Assembly (NCBI GenBank): GCA_016782425.1
Contig: JADHYN010000007.1
Coordinates: forward strand, 1 to 45,285
Source: Candidatus Omnitrophota bacterium
GTDB lineage: Bacteria; Omnitrophota; Gorgyraeia; JABMRN01; RBG-13-46-9
Direction of reading: 5' to 3'
Length of the DNA: 45,285 nucleotides
Numbering within the stretch: position 1 is the first letter of the stretch; every line of letters begins with the position of its first letter. Shown one piece after another: positions 1 to 9,514 of this stretch. The notes beneath the pieces are model-generated. The model did no database searches, was not told where the DNA came from, and saw only the letters and a program-made list of their open reading frames with translations. A program made the position numbers and the translations under genes.

Positions 1-678
1 GGGGTGCTCCCCGGTGTAAATTGCGGCGCCTGCGCATTCACAAACTGCCACTTGTATGCAGAAGCGCTCATAAAGGGCAAGGCCCAACCCGATCAATGCA
101 GGGCAGGGGGCGAGCAGGTTGCAAGCGCCATTTCCGAAATTCTGGGTGTGAAGATTGAGAAAAGGGCCAGGCAAATCGCTACCGTTCATTGCGGAGCAGA
201 TGCGTCAAAAAGAAAAAAGAAAGCTACTTACCTTGGTATAAAAACATGCGTTGCGGCGCACAACGTATTCGGCGGCGAAATCCTTTGCGAATACGGATGC
301 TTGGGTTACGGCGACTGCCAAAAGGCGTGTCCTTTTGGAGCAATTGAGCTAGTAGGCGATCTCCCTAAAATAGATAAAGATAAATGTACCGCTTGCGCTA
401 AGTGTATCGTAGCGTGTCCGCGCAATATTATAAGCCTGGAAAAAATGGAGTCGAAAGATTTTTTATACGTAGCCTGCAATGATCCATCCAAGGGCGCGGA
501 AACCAGAAAGGTGTGCCCGGTAGGATGCATAGCATGCGGCATTTGCCAGAAGGCGACAGATGGCATATTCTACGTCGAAAATAATCTCGCCCATGTGCGA
601 TCCGAAAGAATAAAAGAGATAGCCAACCCGCAGGAAGTTGTTGGTAAGTGTCCGACAAAGTGTATTGCTAAACTTTAA
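1..678 (+). CDS. RnfB-like Fe-S electron-transfer protein, 5' end probably cut by the window edge
   Basis: The frame is open from nt 1. An N-terminal CGAC..C motif is followed by several CxxCxxCxxxCP ferredoxin-type 4Fe-4S motifs (CQKACP, CTACAKCIVACP, CIACGICQ). Confidence 0.6.
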   Translation, partial: GVLPGVNCGACAFTNCHLYAEALIKGKAQPDQCRAGGEQVASAISEILGVKIEKRARQIATVHCGADASKRKKKATYLGIKTCVAAHNVFGGEILCEYGCLGYGDCQKACPFGAIELVGDLPKIDKDKCTACAKCIVACPRNIISLEKMESKDFLYVACNDPSKGAETRKVCPVGCIACGICQKATDGIFYVENNLAHVRSERIKEIANPQEVVGKCPTKCIAKL

Positions 679-679
679 A

Positions 680-1030
680 ATGAACAAGGAGGAAAAAGTG
701 ACAGAGAATTTACTGAAAATAGGTACAGATAATTTTAAAACAGAAGTCCTTGATTCAGGCACACCGGTTCTCGTGGATTTCTGGGCCGAATGGTGCATGC
801 CGTGCCGCATGATAGCGCCTGTCGTAGACGAGCTTTCGGGAGATTATAAAGGTAAGGTCAAATTTGCGAAAGTAAACGTAGATAACAATCCCGCGCTCGC
901 TACCGATTTACAAATTTTAAGCATACCCGTCTTAATACTTTTTAAAAACGGTAAAGAAATTACAAGGATAACAGGCGCGAACCCGAAAGAATACATACAA
1001 AAAGAGATAGACAAGGCTTTAGCCGGATAA
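680..1030 (+). CDS. trxA: thioredoxin
   Basis: Contains VLVDFWAEWCMPCRMIAP, a thioredoxin-fold active site (WCxPC, here CMPC rather than CGPC). About 116 aa counted from the internal ATG at 680. The track ORF start at 638 overlaps the upstream gene. Confidence 0.85.
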   Translation: MNKEEKVTENLLKIGTDNFKTEVLDSGTPVLVDFWAEWCMPCRMIAPVVDELSGDYKGKVKFAKVNVDNNPALATDLQILSIPVLILFKNGKEITRITGANPKEYIQKEIDKALAG

Positions 1031-1033
1031 GGT

Positions 1034-1051
1034 AAATTCCAAATCACAAAT
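1034..1051 (+). repeat. 18-nt motif AAATTCCAAATCACAAAT, copy 1, in the leader of the carbamoyltransferase gene
   Basis: Exact 18-nt match to 28696..28713. Lies in the 30-nt spacer after the trxA stop codon. Confidence 0.8.
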
Positions 1052-1060
1052 TACAAAACA

Positions 1061-2878
1061 ATGTATATCCTCGGAATATCCGCATATTATCATGATTCTG
1101 CCGCAGCCATTATAAAAGATGGTGACATAATAGGTGCTGCGCAGGAAGAGCGTTTTACACGGAAAAAACATGATTCAAATTTCCCCAAAAACGCGATTGA
1201 CTTCTGTCTGCATACCGCCGGGATAACGGTAAAAGACTTAAGCTACGTCGCTTTTTACGATAAACCATTTATTAAATTTGAGAGGATACTCGAAACATAC
1301 CTCGCCTACGCGCCGACCGGATTCCGGTCCTTCATGAAGGCCGTTCCTCTCTGGATTAAGAAAAAGCTTTGGATGAAAGATCTTATAGCGAAGGAACTCG
1401 GTTACACCGGAAAAATTATTTTTCCGGAGCACCACGAATCTCATGCCGCAAGCGCGTTTTTTCCCTCACCGTTTAAGGCCGCAGCGATACTCACCATGGA
1501 CGGCGTCGGCGAATGGACAACAGCGAGTTTCGGGGAGGGGAAAGGTAATACGATTACGCTTAAAAGCGAAATAAAATTTCCACATTCCCTGGGACTTTTG
1601 TATTCGGCATTTACCTACTATGCAGGATTCAGGGTAAATTCAGGGGAATATAAGCTTATGGGCCTTGCGCCGTACGGTGAGCCTGAATATAAGGATCTGA
1701 TTCTGGATGAGCTAATTGATCTAAAAAGCGACGGGTCATTTAAACTCAACATGAAATATTTTAATTATTGCGCCGGGCTTACAATGACAAGTAAGAAATT
1801 TCACGAACTTTTCGGGGGAGAGCCGAGGAAGCCCGAATCGCGCCTTACGCAGCGCGATATGGATCTTGCGCGCTCAATCCAGGCGGTTACCGAAGAAATA
1901 ATGATTAGAATGGCAAGGCATGTCCACGAGGTTACCGGTAAGGAGAATCTCGTGTTAGCAGGCGGCGTTGCGTTAAATTGCGTAGGAAACGGAAGGATAG
2001 TGCGCGAGGCGCCTTTTAAAAATGTGTGGATTCAGCCGGCCGCAGGCGATGCTGGCGGGGCCCTGGGCGCCGCGCTTCTTACGTGGTATCAGTATCTCGG
2101 AAACGCGCGTATAGCAGACGACAAAAATGATTTTCAGAAAGGCTCATACCTTGGCCCCGAATACAAAAATGATGAAATAATAAAATTTCTTAAAGATAAA
2201 AACGTTCCCTACACAGAAATTAAGGATGGAGAAATCCCGGAGCGCATCGCGGATTTAATTAAAGATGAAAAGGTCATTGGCTGGTTTCAGGGTAGGATGG
2301 AATTCGGGCCCCGCGCGCTTGGCGCAAGAAGCATAATAGGGGACGCCAGGAGCCCGAAAATGCAGGAAATCATGAATCTCAAGATAAAATTCCGGGAGTC
2401 ATTCAGGCCCTTTGCGCCCTCTGTTTTAAAGGAAAAATCTCAGGAGTATTTTGAACTAGAAAAGGAAAGCCCCTACATGTTACTTGTTGCGCCGGTGCGC
2501 CGGGAAAAAAGGCGCGAGGTAAATGCGGACGAAGATAAGCTTTTCGGGCTTGCGAAACTAAATATCGCGCGCTCCCAAATCCCCGCGGTTACGCACGTGG
2601 ATTGTTCCGCGAGGGTGCAAACAGTAGACGGCGCCTATAATAAGCACTTTTACGACATGATGAAAAAATTTGACGAAAAATACAACTGTCCCGTTATTAT
2701 TAATACCTCTTTTAACGTAAGGGGCGAGCCTATTGTTGCCACGCCAACTGACGCGTACCTTTGTTTCATGAGGACGAATATGGATTACCTGATTATGGGT
2801 AACGTCCTCCTCGAGAAAAAATCCCAGAAGCTGCTCGATAAGGATATCGATTGGCTGCGGGAATACGAGTTGGATTAA
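1061..2878 (+). CDS. carbamoyltransferase (NodU/CmcH family)
   Basis: 605 aa. The N-terminus ILGISAYYHDSAAAII..AAQEERFTRKKHD and the central LAGGVALNC region are typical of NodU/CmcH-type carbamoyltransferases. Confidence 0.85.
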   Translation: MYILGISAYYHDSAAAIIKDGDIIGAAQEERFTRKKHDSNFPKNAIDFCLHTAGITVKDLSYVAFYDKPFIKFERILETYLAYAPTGFRSFMKAVPLWIKKKLWMKDLIAKELGYTGKIIFPEHHESHAASAFFPSPFKAAAILTMDGVGEWTTASFGEGKGNTITLKSEIKFPHSLGLLYSAFTYYAGFRVNSGEYKLMGLAPYGEPEYKDLILDELIDLKSDGSFKLNMKYFNYCAGLTMTSKKFHELFGGEPRKPESRLTQRDMDLARSIQAVTEEIMIRMARHVHEVTGKENLVLAGGVALNCVGNGRIVREAPFKNVWIQPAAGDAGGALGAALLTWYQYLGNARIADDKNDFQKGSYLGPEYKNDEIIKFLKDKNVPYTEIKDGEIPERIADLIKDEKVIGWFQGRMEFGPRALGARSIIGDARSPKMQEIMNLKIKFRESFRPFAPSVLKEKSQEYFELEKESPYMLLVAPVRREKRREVNADEDKLFGLAKLNIARSQIPAVTHVDCSARVQTVDGAYNKHFYDMMKKFDEKYNCPVIINTSFNVRGEPIVATPTDAYLCFMRTNMDYLIMGNVLLEKKSQKLLDKDIDWLREYELD

Positions 2879-2882
2879 AGGC

Positions 2883-3296
2883 ATGTTTGAAGAAATTAAA
2901 GACATAAAAAGCACGCGAAAAGAACTTCGAGAGTTTGGCTTGACGATAGGGGTAATTCTTGTTATTCTAGGGGCGGTAACGCTCTGGCGCGGCAAGCCGA
3001 CCTATCCTTATTTTCTGGGAGTGGGCGCGTTATTTATAACCCTGGGCTTAATGTTACCGGGCGTTCTAAAGCCGCTTCAAAAAGTATGGATGAGTTTCGC
3101 TGTAATCATGGGCTTTTTCGTAAGCCGCATTATTCTTACGATACTTTTTTATGTTGTTGTAACGCCCACGGGCGTAATCGTGCGTATTCTCGGGAAGGAC
3201 ATACTGGATCAGCGGATAGATAAGAACCGCAAGACCTACTGGCAGGAAAGAGACGCTAAAACAAAAGACAAAGTTAATTACGAAAACCAATATTAA
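2883..3296 (+). CDS. SxtJ-like small membrane protein
   Basis: 137 aa with 3-4 hydrophobic helices. The REFG..G, WM and TP.G...R.LGKD.L motifs recall the SxtJ family that commonly follows this carbamoyltransferase. Confidence 0.55.
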   Translation: MFEEIKDIKSTRKELREFGLTIGVILVILGAVTLWRGKPTYPYFLGVGALFITLGLMLPGVLKPLQKVWMSFAVIMGFFVSRIILTILFYVVVTPTGVIVRILGKDILDQRIDKNRKTYWQERDAKTKDKVNYENQY

Positions 3297-3304
3297 GGAG
3301 TAAA

Positions 3305-3463
3305 ATGAGCAAGATTACATTTTTCAAGGAATTGTGGGGATTTTTAATGACGCGGAAGAAGTGGTGGCTCATGCCGATTATTATTATTCTGCTTCTTCTG
3401 GGGCTCCTCATTATATTTACCGAGAGCTCAGCCGTTGCGCCGTTTATCTACACGTTGTTTTAA
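3305..3463 (+). CDS. DUF5989-like small membrane protein (52 aa), absent from the ORF track
   Basis: Hand translation: MSKITFFKELWGFLMTRKKWWLMPIIIILLLLGLLIIFTESSAVAPFIYTLF. AAGGAG lies 5 nt upstream of the ATG. The RKKWWL.P...LLLLG and APFIYTLF ends are as I recall for DUF5989. Confidence 0.6.
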   Translation: MSKITFFKELWGFLMTRKKWWLMPIIIILLLLGLLIIFTESSAVAPFIYTLF

Positions 3464-3478
3464 GAATTAGGGAATATC

Positions 3479-5615
<2,137 letters not shown>

Positions 5616-5644
5616 CCCCTCTCCCGAACGAAAACCGAAATACA

Positions 5645-5672
5645 TTGACTTTATCCCAAAAACTGCTATAAT
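5645..5672 (+). promoter_or_regulatory. sigma70-type promoter for tRNA-Met
   Basis: TTGACT (5645-5650), a 16-nt spacer, then TATAAT (5667-5672). The tRNA starts about 17 nt downstream. Confidence 0.55.
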
Positions 5673-5688
5673 AACCGAACACAAATAT

Positions 5689-5765
5689 TGCGGGGTGGAG
5701 CAGCCTGGTAGCTCGCAAGGCTCATAACCTTGAGGTCGTCCGTTCGAATCGGACCCCCGCTACCA
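5689..5765 (+). tRNA. tRNA-Met (CAU), initiator type, CCA encoded
   Basis: A 77-nt cloverleaf folded by hand: acceptor TGCGGGG/CCCCGCT, D-arm GAGC-AGCCTGGTA-GCTC, anticodon loop CTCATAA, T-arm GTCCG-TTCGAAT-CGGAC. Positions 2-26 are identical to E. coli tRNA-fMet as I remember it. Confidence 0.9.
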
Positions 5766-5775
5766 ATTCAAAAAA

Positions 5776-5805
5776 AGACTTCTGTAATTACAGAAGTCTT
5801 TTTTT
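5776..5805 (+). terminator. intrinsic terminator after tRNA-Met, potentially bidirectional
   Basis: A 9-bp stem AGACTTCTG/CAGAAGTCT with loop TAATTA, followed by a T-run and preceded by an A-run. Confidence 0.8.
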
Positions 5806-5814
5806 GAATCTCAA

Positions 5815-5837
5815 GGGGGAAAACGTTGTTTTCCCCC
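5815..5837. repeat. hairpin H1 (10-bp stem, 3-nt loop)
   Basis: GGGGGAAAAC gtt GTTTTCCCCC. There is no U-tract after it. Confidence 0.8.
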
Positions 5838-5843
5838 TATGAC

Positions 5844-5887
5844 GCCCCGCCCTTTCAGCTAAGTCATTTTTCGCGAAAGGGCGGGGC
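5844..5887. repeat. hairpin H2, member of the GC-rich hairpin family (13-bp stem, 18-nt loop)
   Basis: GCCCCGCCCTTTC ... GAAAGGGCGGGGC. The left flank TATGA(C)G and the stem are near-identical to the element at 9469..9514. Confidence 0.8.
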
Positions 5888-5932
5888 TGTACCCCCTTTC
5901 CACATAAGAAGTTACGAAAAATAAAGTATTCT

Positions 5933-5975
5933 ATATCAAAAGAGAAGGGAGATATTCTCCCTTCTCTTTTGATAT
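5933..5975. repeat. hairpin H3 (20-bp perfect stem, 3-nt loop)
   Basis: ATATCAAAAGAGAAGGGAGA tat TCTCCCTTCTCTTTTGATAT. Confidence 0.85.
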
Positions 5976-6115
5976 CTTATCCCTCTTACATAGGTGTCCT
6001 TCGGACGGCTCATCCCTGTTGTTAAATATGAAAAAGGTGGATTTGATTTTACAATTCTGTGACCCACCACCCCTTAAAATATGATATTATATGTGCAACG
6101 AGGAGGTGGAAACAG

Positions 6116-6286
6116 TTGAGCAGAATCAAAAAAGAAAGAACAAATATATTAGACGCCAAGGATCTATTTTCATTCTTCGAAGGATATCTCAAGAGAACAA
6201 TCGAGGAAGACCTTCGCCAAATCTATAAGGACGAAGCACGTCTTATAAGTTCGGAAGAACCTTGGATTTTTCAGTTGGAAAAATAA
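6116..6286 (+). CDS. hypothetical small protein (56 aa, TTG start)
   Basis: AGGAGGTGG lies 6-7 nt upstream of TTG 6116, and a TGnTATTAT extended -10 lies at 6082-6090. The product is helical and charged, with no motif I recognise. The track ORF starting at 6059 is probably over-extended. Confidence 0.35.
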   Translation: MSRIKKERTNILDAKDLFSFFEGYLKRTIEEDLRQIYKDEARLISSEEPWIFQLEK

Positions 6287-6372
6287 GCATTTTCCTTCCG
6301 GCCGCCAGATAATTCCAATTCGAATATGCGCATTCCTGTGTGCTTAAAACACGCCCTTCCTTAGTATAATCG

Positions 6373-6401
6373 TTGACAATAAATACCATATATGGTATAA
6401 A
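6373..6401 (+). promoter_or_regulatory. sigma70-type promoter for the purB operon, with an embedded 14-bp palindrome
   Basis: TTGACA (6373-6378), a 17-nt spacer, then TATAAA (6396-6401). The perfect palindrome TACCATATATGGTA (6384-6397) overlaps the spacer and the -10 element. Confidence 0.5.
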
Positions 6402-6430
6402 ATTATGTCTAATATAACGTAGGGAGCAAC

Positions 6431-7723
6431 ATGATAGAACGATACACCCTTTCGAAGATGGCCCGCGTGTGGTCAGAAGAGAACAAATTTGACAAGATGC
6501 TCAGGATTGAAATCCTGAGTTGCGAGGCCCTCGCCAAACTCAAAATCATACCAAAGGAAGACCTTTTCCGGATTAAGAAAAAAGCCAAATTCGATATCGC
6601 GCGCATAAAAAAAATCGAAGAAAAAACGAATCACGATATCGTAAGTTTTGTCACGAACCTCTCTGAATACATAGGCGATTCCGCCAAATACGTGCATTTC
6701 GGCCTTACCTCAAGCGACGTTGTGGACACGGCTATGTCCTGCATGATGACCGAGGCAATGGATATCCTGATTAACGATACCAAAACGCTCCTTGGAGCAT
6801 TCCGCCTCAAAGCCAAAAAGTATAAAAATACAGTGATGATAGGACGCTCTCACGGTGTTCACGCAGAACCCATTACATTTGGACTTAAATGTGCCCTTTT
6901 TTACGAAGAAACAAAAAGAAATCTCGATAGGTTGAAAAAGGCGCGCGAAACGATAGCGCACGGAAAAATCTCAGGTTCCGTAGGCACGTACGCCAACGTT
7001 GACCCGTTTGTGGAAGAATATGTCTGCAGGAAACTGGGCCTGAAACCCGCAAAGGTTTCTTCGCAGATTCTGCAGCGCGACAGACACGCGGAGTACTTAA
7101 ACGCTATAGCGATTGCGGGAACGTCTCTTGAGAAATTCTCCACCGAATTCAGAGCGCTTCAGAGAACCGAGATAGGCGAGGTCGAGGAATATTTTGCCCC
7201 GACCCAAAAAGGCTCTTCCAGCATGCCGCACAAGAAAAACCCGATAATGTTTGAGCGCATATGCGGCCTGGCCAGGATTTTAAGAGGGAATGCCACCGCG
7301 AGCATGGAAAATATGCCGCTCTGGCATGAGAGGGATATTTCCCATTCTTCGGTCGAAAGGGTGATAGTGCCCGACTCTACGATTCTCTTAGATTATATGC
7401 TTACGAAAATAACAAACCTCGTAAACAAACTCGTGGTAAACGAAGAGAGAATGACCGAAAACCTCGGTAAGTCCAAAGGGATTATATTTTCGCAACGCGT
7501 GCTTCTCGAACTTATAAAAAGAGGACTAACCCGCCTGGAGGCATACGACATAGTCCAGGACGCCTCTCTTAACATGAGAACCGAAGACATAGGATTCGAA
7601 GAAGCGCTGAAAAAAAATAAAAAGGTAAGAAACGTAATGGGACCCGCCGCTATCGAAGAATGTTTTGATCTGGCCTACCACACAAAATTTGTGGACAAAA
7701 TTTTTAAGAAAGTAGGCATATAA
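6431..7723 (+). CDS. purB: adenylosuccinate lyase
   Basis: 430 aa. Starts MIERYT..M..VWSEENKF and carries the fumarate-lyase signature SSSMPHKKNP. Confidence 0.95.
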   Translation: MIERYTLSKMARVWSEENKFDKMLRIEILSCEALAKLKIIPKEDLFRIKKKAKFDIARIKKIEEKTNHDIVSFVTNLSEYIGDSAKYVHFGLTSSDVVDTAMSCMMTEAMDILINDTKTLLGAFRLKAKKYKNTVMIGRSHGVHAEPITFGLKCALFYEETKRNLDRLKKARETIAHGKISGSVGTYANVDPFVEEYVCRKLGLKPAKVSSQILQRDRHAEYLNAIAIAGTSLEKFSTEFRALQRTEIGEVEEYFAPTQKGSSSMPHKKNPIMFERICGLARILRGNATASMENMPLWHERDISHSSVERVIVPDSTILLDYMLTKITNLVNKLVVNEERMTENLGKSKGIIFSQRVLLELIKRGLTRLEAYDIVQDASLNMRTEDIGFEEALKKNKKVRNVMGPAAIEECFDLAYHTKFVDKIFKKVGI

Positions 7724-7736
7724 AATGAGGAGTGTT

Positions 7737-8441
7737 ATGGAAAAACGCAAACAAATTTACGAAGGAAAGGCAAAAAAAGTTTATGAAACAGACGACCAAG
7801 ATCTTTTTATCCAGGAATTTAAAGACGACGCGACCGCTTTTGACGCCACTAAGCGCGGGACCATCGTCAATAAAGGCGTTGTCAACAATAGAATCTCGGA
7901 AATATTGTTTGAGCTTCTGGAGTCAAAAGGCATAGAAACGCATTTTGTGAAAAAACTGGATGAACGTCAAATGCTGATAAAGCGCGTTGAGATTATTCCG
8001 ATCGAAGTTACCATACGGAACATTGTGGCCGGGGGAATGGCCAAGCTTCTTGCGATGGAAGAAGGCATCGTCTTGGGCGAGCCGGTTTTAGAATATCATT
8101 ACAAAAAAGACGAACTTCACGACCCGCTTATAAATGAATACCACGCAAAGGCCATGAAAATTGTTACGGATGAGGAGCTAGACTTTATCGCAAAAAGGTC
8201 TTTTGAGATTAACAACATCCTAAAGGCGTTTTTTGACCACAAAAATTTGGACCTCGTTGACTTCAAACTTGAATTCGGAAGGCATAAGGGGAAGGTTCTC
8301 CTTGCCGATGAAATTTCACCCGATACGTGCAGGTTCTGGGACAAAAAGACAAAGAAAAAGCTTGATAAAGACAGGTTCAGAAGGGACCTCGGAGGCGTAG
8401 AAGACGCCTACCAGGAAGTATTGAAGAGAATAACAGGATAG
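7737..8441 (+). CDS. purC: phosphoribosylaminoimidazole-succinocarboxamide synthase
   Basis: Contains YEGKAKKVYETDD and the DEISPDTCRFWD motif. ATG 7737 follows GGAG; the track start at 7725 is less likely. Confidence 0.9.
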   Translation: MEKRKQIYEGKAKKVYETDDQDLFIQEFKDDATAFDATKRGTIVNKGVVNNRISEILFELLESKGIETHFVKKLDERQMLIKRVEIIPIEVTIRNIVAGGMAKLLAMEEGIVLGEPVLEYHYKKDELHDPLINEYHAKAMKIVTDEELDFIAKRSFEINNILKAFFDHKNLDLVDFKLEFGRHKGKVLLADEISPDTCRFWDKKTKKKLDKDRFRRDLGGVEDAYQEVLKRITG

Positions 8442-8463
8442 ATAAGAGCCTTCAACTTAAGAA

Positions 8464-9468
8464 ATGAAGAAACTTTCCTATAAAAAATCCGGCGTTGATA
8501 TAAACAAAGCCAATCTTTTCATAAACAAAATAAAGCCCCTCATAAAAACCACAAAAAACCGCGGTTGGGTTTCAAATATAGGCGGCTTTTCCGGGCTTTT
8601 TAAACCCGACATGTCTAAATACAAAAATCCGCTCATTGTTGCCGCCACAGACGGCGTTGGCAGTAAGCTCATGATCGCAAAGTGGGCCGGAAAACATGAC
8701 ACTATAGGCATTGACCTTGTGGCCATGTGCGTAAACGACATTATTACCTGTGGGGCGGAGCCGCTCTTTTTCCTGGACTATTTTGCAACCGGAAAGCTAA
8801 TGCCCCGCGTTTCTTACGAGATGATGAAGGGTATCGTTAAGGGCTGCAGGATAGCAGGCTCTGCCTTGATAGGCGGCGAAACAGCGGAGCTGCCGGGCAT
8901 GTATAAACCCGGCGATTATGATTTAGCCGGATTTTCGGTAGGAATCGTAGATAAAAAAAATATTATAGACGGTTCAAAGATAAAGAAGGGAGACCTCATT
9001 CTGGGGATTGCCTCTACGGGCCTTCACTCCAACGGCTATTCCCTGGTAAGAAAAGTGTTTTCCAGGAGACTACTTTCGACAAATTTAGCGAAAGAAGTAC
9101 TGAAACCCACGGCGATATATGTAAAGCCGATCCTCGGGCTTACAAAACGCTTTAACGTAAAAGGTATAGCCCACATTACAGGAGGCGGCTTCCGGGATAA
9201 CATGATAAGGCTTTTACCGAAAAAAGTGAGCGCCATTATATTCCGGGATACATGGCCTGTTTTACCTATTTTTAAATTAATTCAAAAAAAAGGACACATG
9301 GAGTACGGCGAAATGTTTCGAACATTCAACATGGGAATAGGCATGACAGTTGTTCTTCCGAGAGACGAAATTCTCTCGGCAAGAGACTATCTTTTAAAAA
9401 AATATAAACTGAAAAGTTGGGTGATCGGAGAGATTCTTCAGGGCAAGAAAAGAGTCGAGATAATATGA
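8464..9468 (+). CDS. purM: phosphoribosylformylglycinamidine cyclo-ligase (AIR synthase)
   Basis: Contains SYKKSGVDI, GGFSGLF, ATDGVGSKL and DLVAMCVNDI. Confidence 0.95.
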   Translation: MKKLSYKKSGVDINKANLFINKIKPLIKTTKNRGWVSNIGGFSGLFKPDMSKYKNPLIVAATDGVGSKLMIAKWAGKHDTIGIDLVAMCVNDIITCGAEPLFFLDYFATGKLMPRVSYEMMKGIVKGCRIAGSALIGGETAELPGMYKPGDYDLAGFSVGIVDKKNIIDGSKIKKGDLILGIASTGLHSNGYSLVRKVFSRRLLSTNLAKEVLKPTAIYVKPILGLTKRFNVKGIAHITGGGFRDNMIRLLPKKVSAIIFRDTWPVLPIFKLIQKKGHMEYGEMFRTFNMGIGMTVVLPRDEILSARDYLLKKYKLKSWVIGEILQGKKRVEII

Positions 9469-9514
9469 GCCCCGCCCTTCCTAAATGCAATAGAAAAGAA
9501 AGGAAGAGCGGGGT
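9469..9514. repeat. GC-rich hairpin family, copy 2 (12-bp stem with 1 mismatch, 20-nt loop), at the purM/purD junction
   Basis: G CCCCGCCCTTCC taaatgcaatagaaaagaaa GGAAGAGCGGGG T. The left flank TATGAG matches H2. The right arm contains the SD-like GGAAGAG and the first base of GTG 9513. Confidence 0.75.

Noticed and set aside
680-1030. The thioredoxin active site is CMPC instead of the canonical CGPC.
   Set aside because: This is a single-residue variation within a tolerated position of the CxxC motif, and is not enough on its own to suggest a new function.
6292-6301. CCGGAAGGAA on the - strand resembles the SRP RNA domain IV core.
   Set aside because: The match does not extend beyond 10 nt, and there is no flanking helix 8-like symmetric or asymmetric loop structure. 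It is a coincidence.
6290-6430. A possible purine or ZTP riboswitch upstream of purB. The sequence TATAATCG resembles the start of the guanine riboswitch.
   Set aside because: The conserved purine-riboswitch junction and loop nucleotides and the ZTP pseudoknot core are absent. With the predicted promoter at 6373-6401, the leader is only about 25-30 nt, which is too short for an aptamer.
5766-6430. An integrated element next to tRNA-Met, which would leave an att-site duplication of the tRNA 3' end.
   Set aside because: I could find no direct repeat of the tRNA 3' half. Only a 7-nt TTCGAAT at 6319-6325 and TCGGAC at 6001-6006 match. There is no integrase gene. The idea is kept only as a weak alternative in the hairpin finding.
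9417-9512. An N-terminal extension of PurD from the track start at 9417, or from the ATGA-coupled ATG at 9465.
   Set aside because: The extension is encoded by a repeated hairpin element also found in non-coding DNA at 5844-5887. GTG 9513 reproduces the canonical PurD N-terminus and has an SD-like GGAAGAG upstream.
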